Both the position numbers and the translations under genes were made by a program. A DNA stretch of 63,982 bases, the filler included, from Octopus bimaculoides (lineage: Eukaryota): the NCBI RefSeq assembly GCF_001194135.2. It is 10 parts of 9 records of this genome, joined end to end, with 100 filler letters (N's around TTAATTAATTAA, not from the genome) between each part and the next. Parts side by side here need not be neighbours in the genome. Positions count along the whole stretch, not along the records: positions 62,930 to 63,982 come from NW_026312935.1; 9 more parts are not named here. One strand, given 5' to 3'. The notes beneath the pieces were generated by a model. That model had not been told where the DNA came from. It did no database searches and saw only the letters and a program-made list of their open reading frames with translations. Below, one piece after another: positions 63,420-63,982 of the stretch (positions within the stretch are counted from its first letter, which is position 1; each line of letters begins with the position of its first letter).

Positions 63420-63820
63420 TTATAGATATCGTTTACTTGTTCCAGTCATTTGACAGCGGCCAAGCTGGGGCACACCCTTAGAGGGATTTTAGGCGAACAA
63501 ATCGCCCCCAGGACATTTTTTAAAGCCTATCATTCTATTGTTCTTATTTGCCGAACCGCTAAGTTACAGGGACATAAATACACCAACACCAGTTGTCAAG
63601 TGGTGGGCAAATAGACACAAACATATATACATATAAATACACACACACACGTATATACACACACACAGCAGTCTTCTTTCCATTTCCGTCTACCAAATCC
63701 ACTCACAAGGCTTTGCTCAGCTCGAGGCTTTAGTAGAAGGCACTTGCCCAAGGTGCTACGCTGTGGGACTGAACTCGGGACCATGTGGTTGGGAAGCAAA
63801 CCTCTTACCATATAGCCACC
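63420..63820 (-). mobile_element. SINE family A, near full length
   Basis: Reverse complement of 26339-26792, including the internal (AC)n/(AT)n microsatellite. Confidence 0.85.
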
Positions 63821-63942
63821 TAAAAAGATGGAACATGAACTCATGTGCTAATACAAAATGATTGAAACGAATACCAATTTCCAAAACAAAAATATTTATT
63901 ATCTTCATGGTTTGAGGTGTCTGAAACCAATCTCAGATGTGG

Positions 63943-63982
<40 letters not shown>

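Overview
This is AT-rich, microsatellite-dense eukaryotic DNA. Its SINE and LINE families match what I recall of Octopus, so the taxon is an inference. The window is not one locus: nine identical 100-nt spacers (44 N + TTAATTAATTAA + 44 N, a linker with stops in all six frames) join ten separate scaffolds: 1-17817, 17918-22515, 22616-32055, 32156-35633, 35734-40143, 40244-43608, 43709-48251, 48352-59993, 60094-62829 and 62930-63982. The only host gene I can identify is GOLGA7/GCP16, with two coding exons at 50619-50751 and 53754-53906 (+). One or two unidentified spliced exons may lie on the minus strand of the first scaffold. The rest is largely transposon material: a Ty3/Gypsy element with an internal inversion, a Gypsy integrase relic, two Penelope-like elements, a Tx1/L1 LINE, many RTE fragments, Tc1 and mariner relics, Helitron ends, three tRNA-derived SINE families and several hairpin or MITE elements. 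Most listed ORFs are microsatellite or N-gap artefacts. I found no rRNA, true tRNA or CRISPR array, and no convincing new multi-gene system. The most unusual items are a long foldback element with an 8-bp target-site duplication, an inverted-repeat element carrying telomeric repeats, the inverted Gypsy integrase tail, and a MITE family with variable subterminal repeat number. All alignments and mismatch counts were done by eye.
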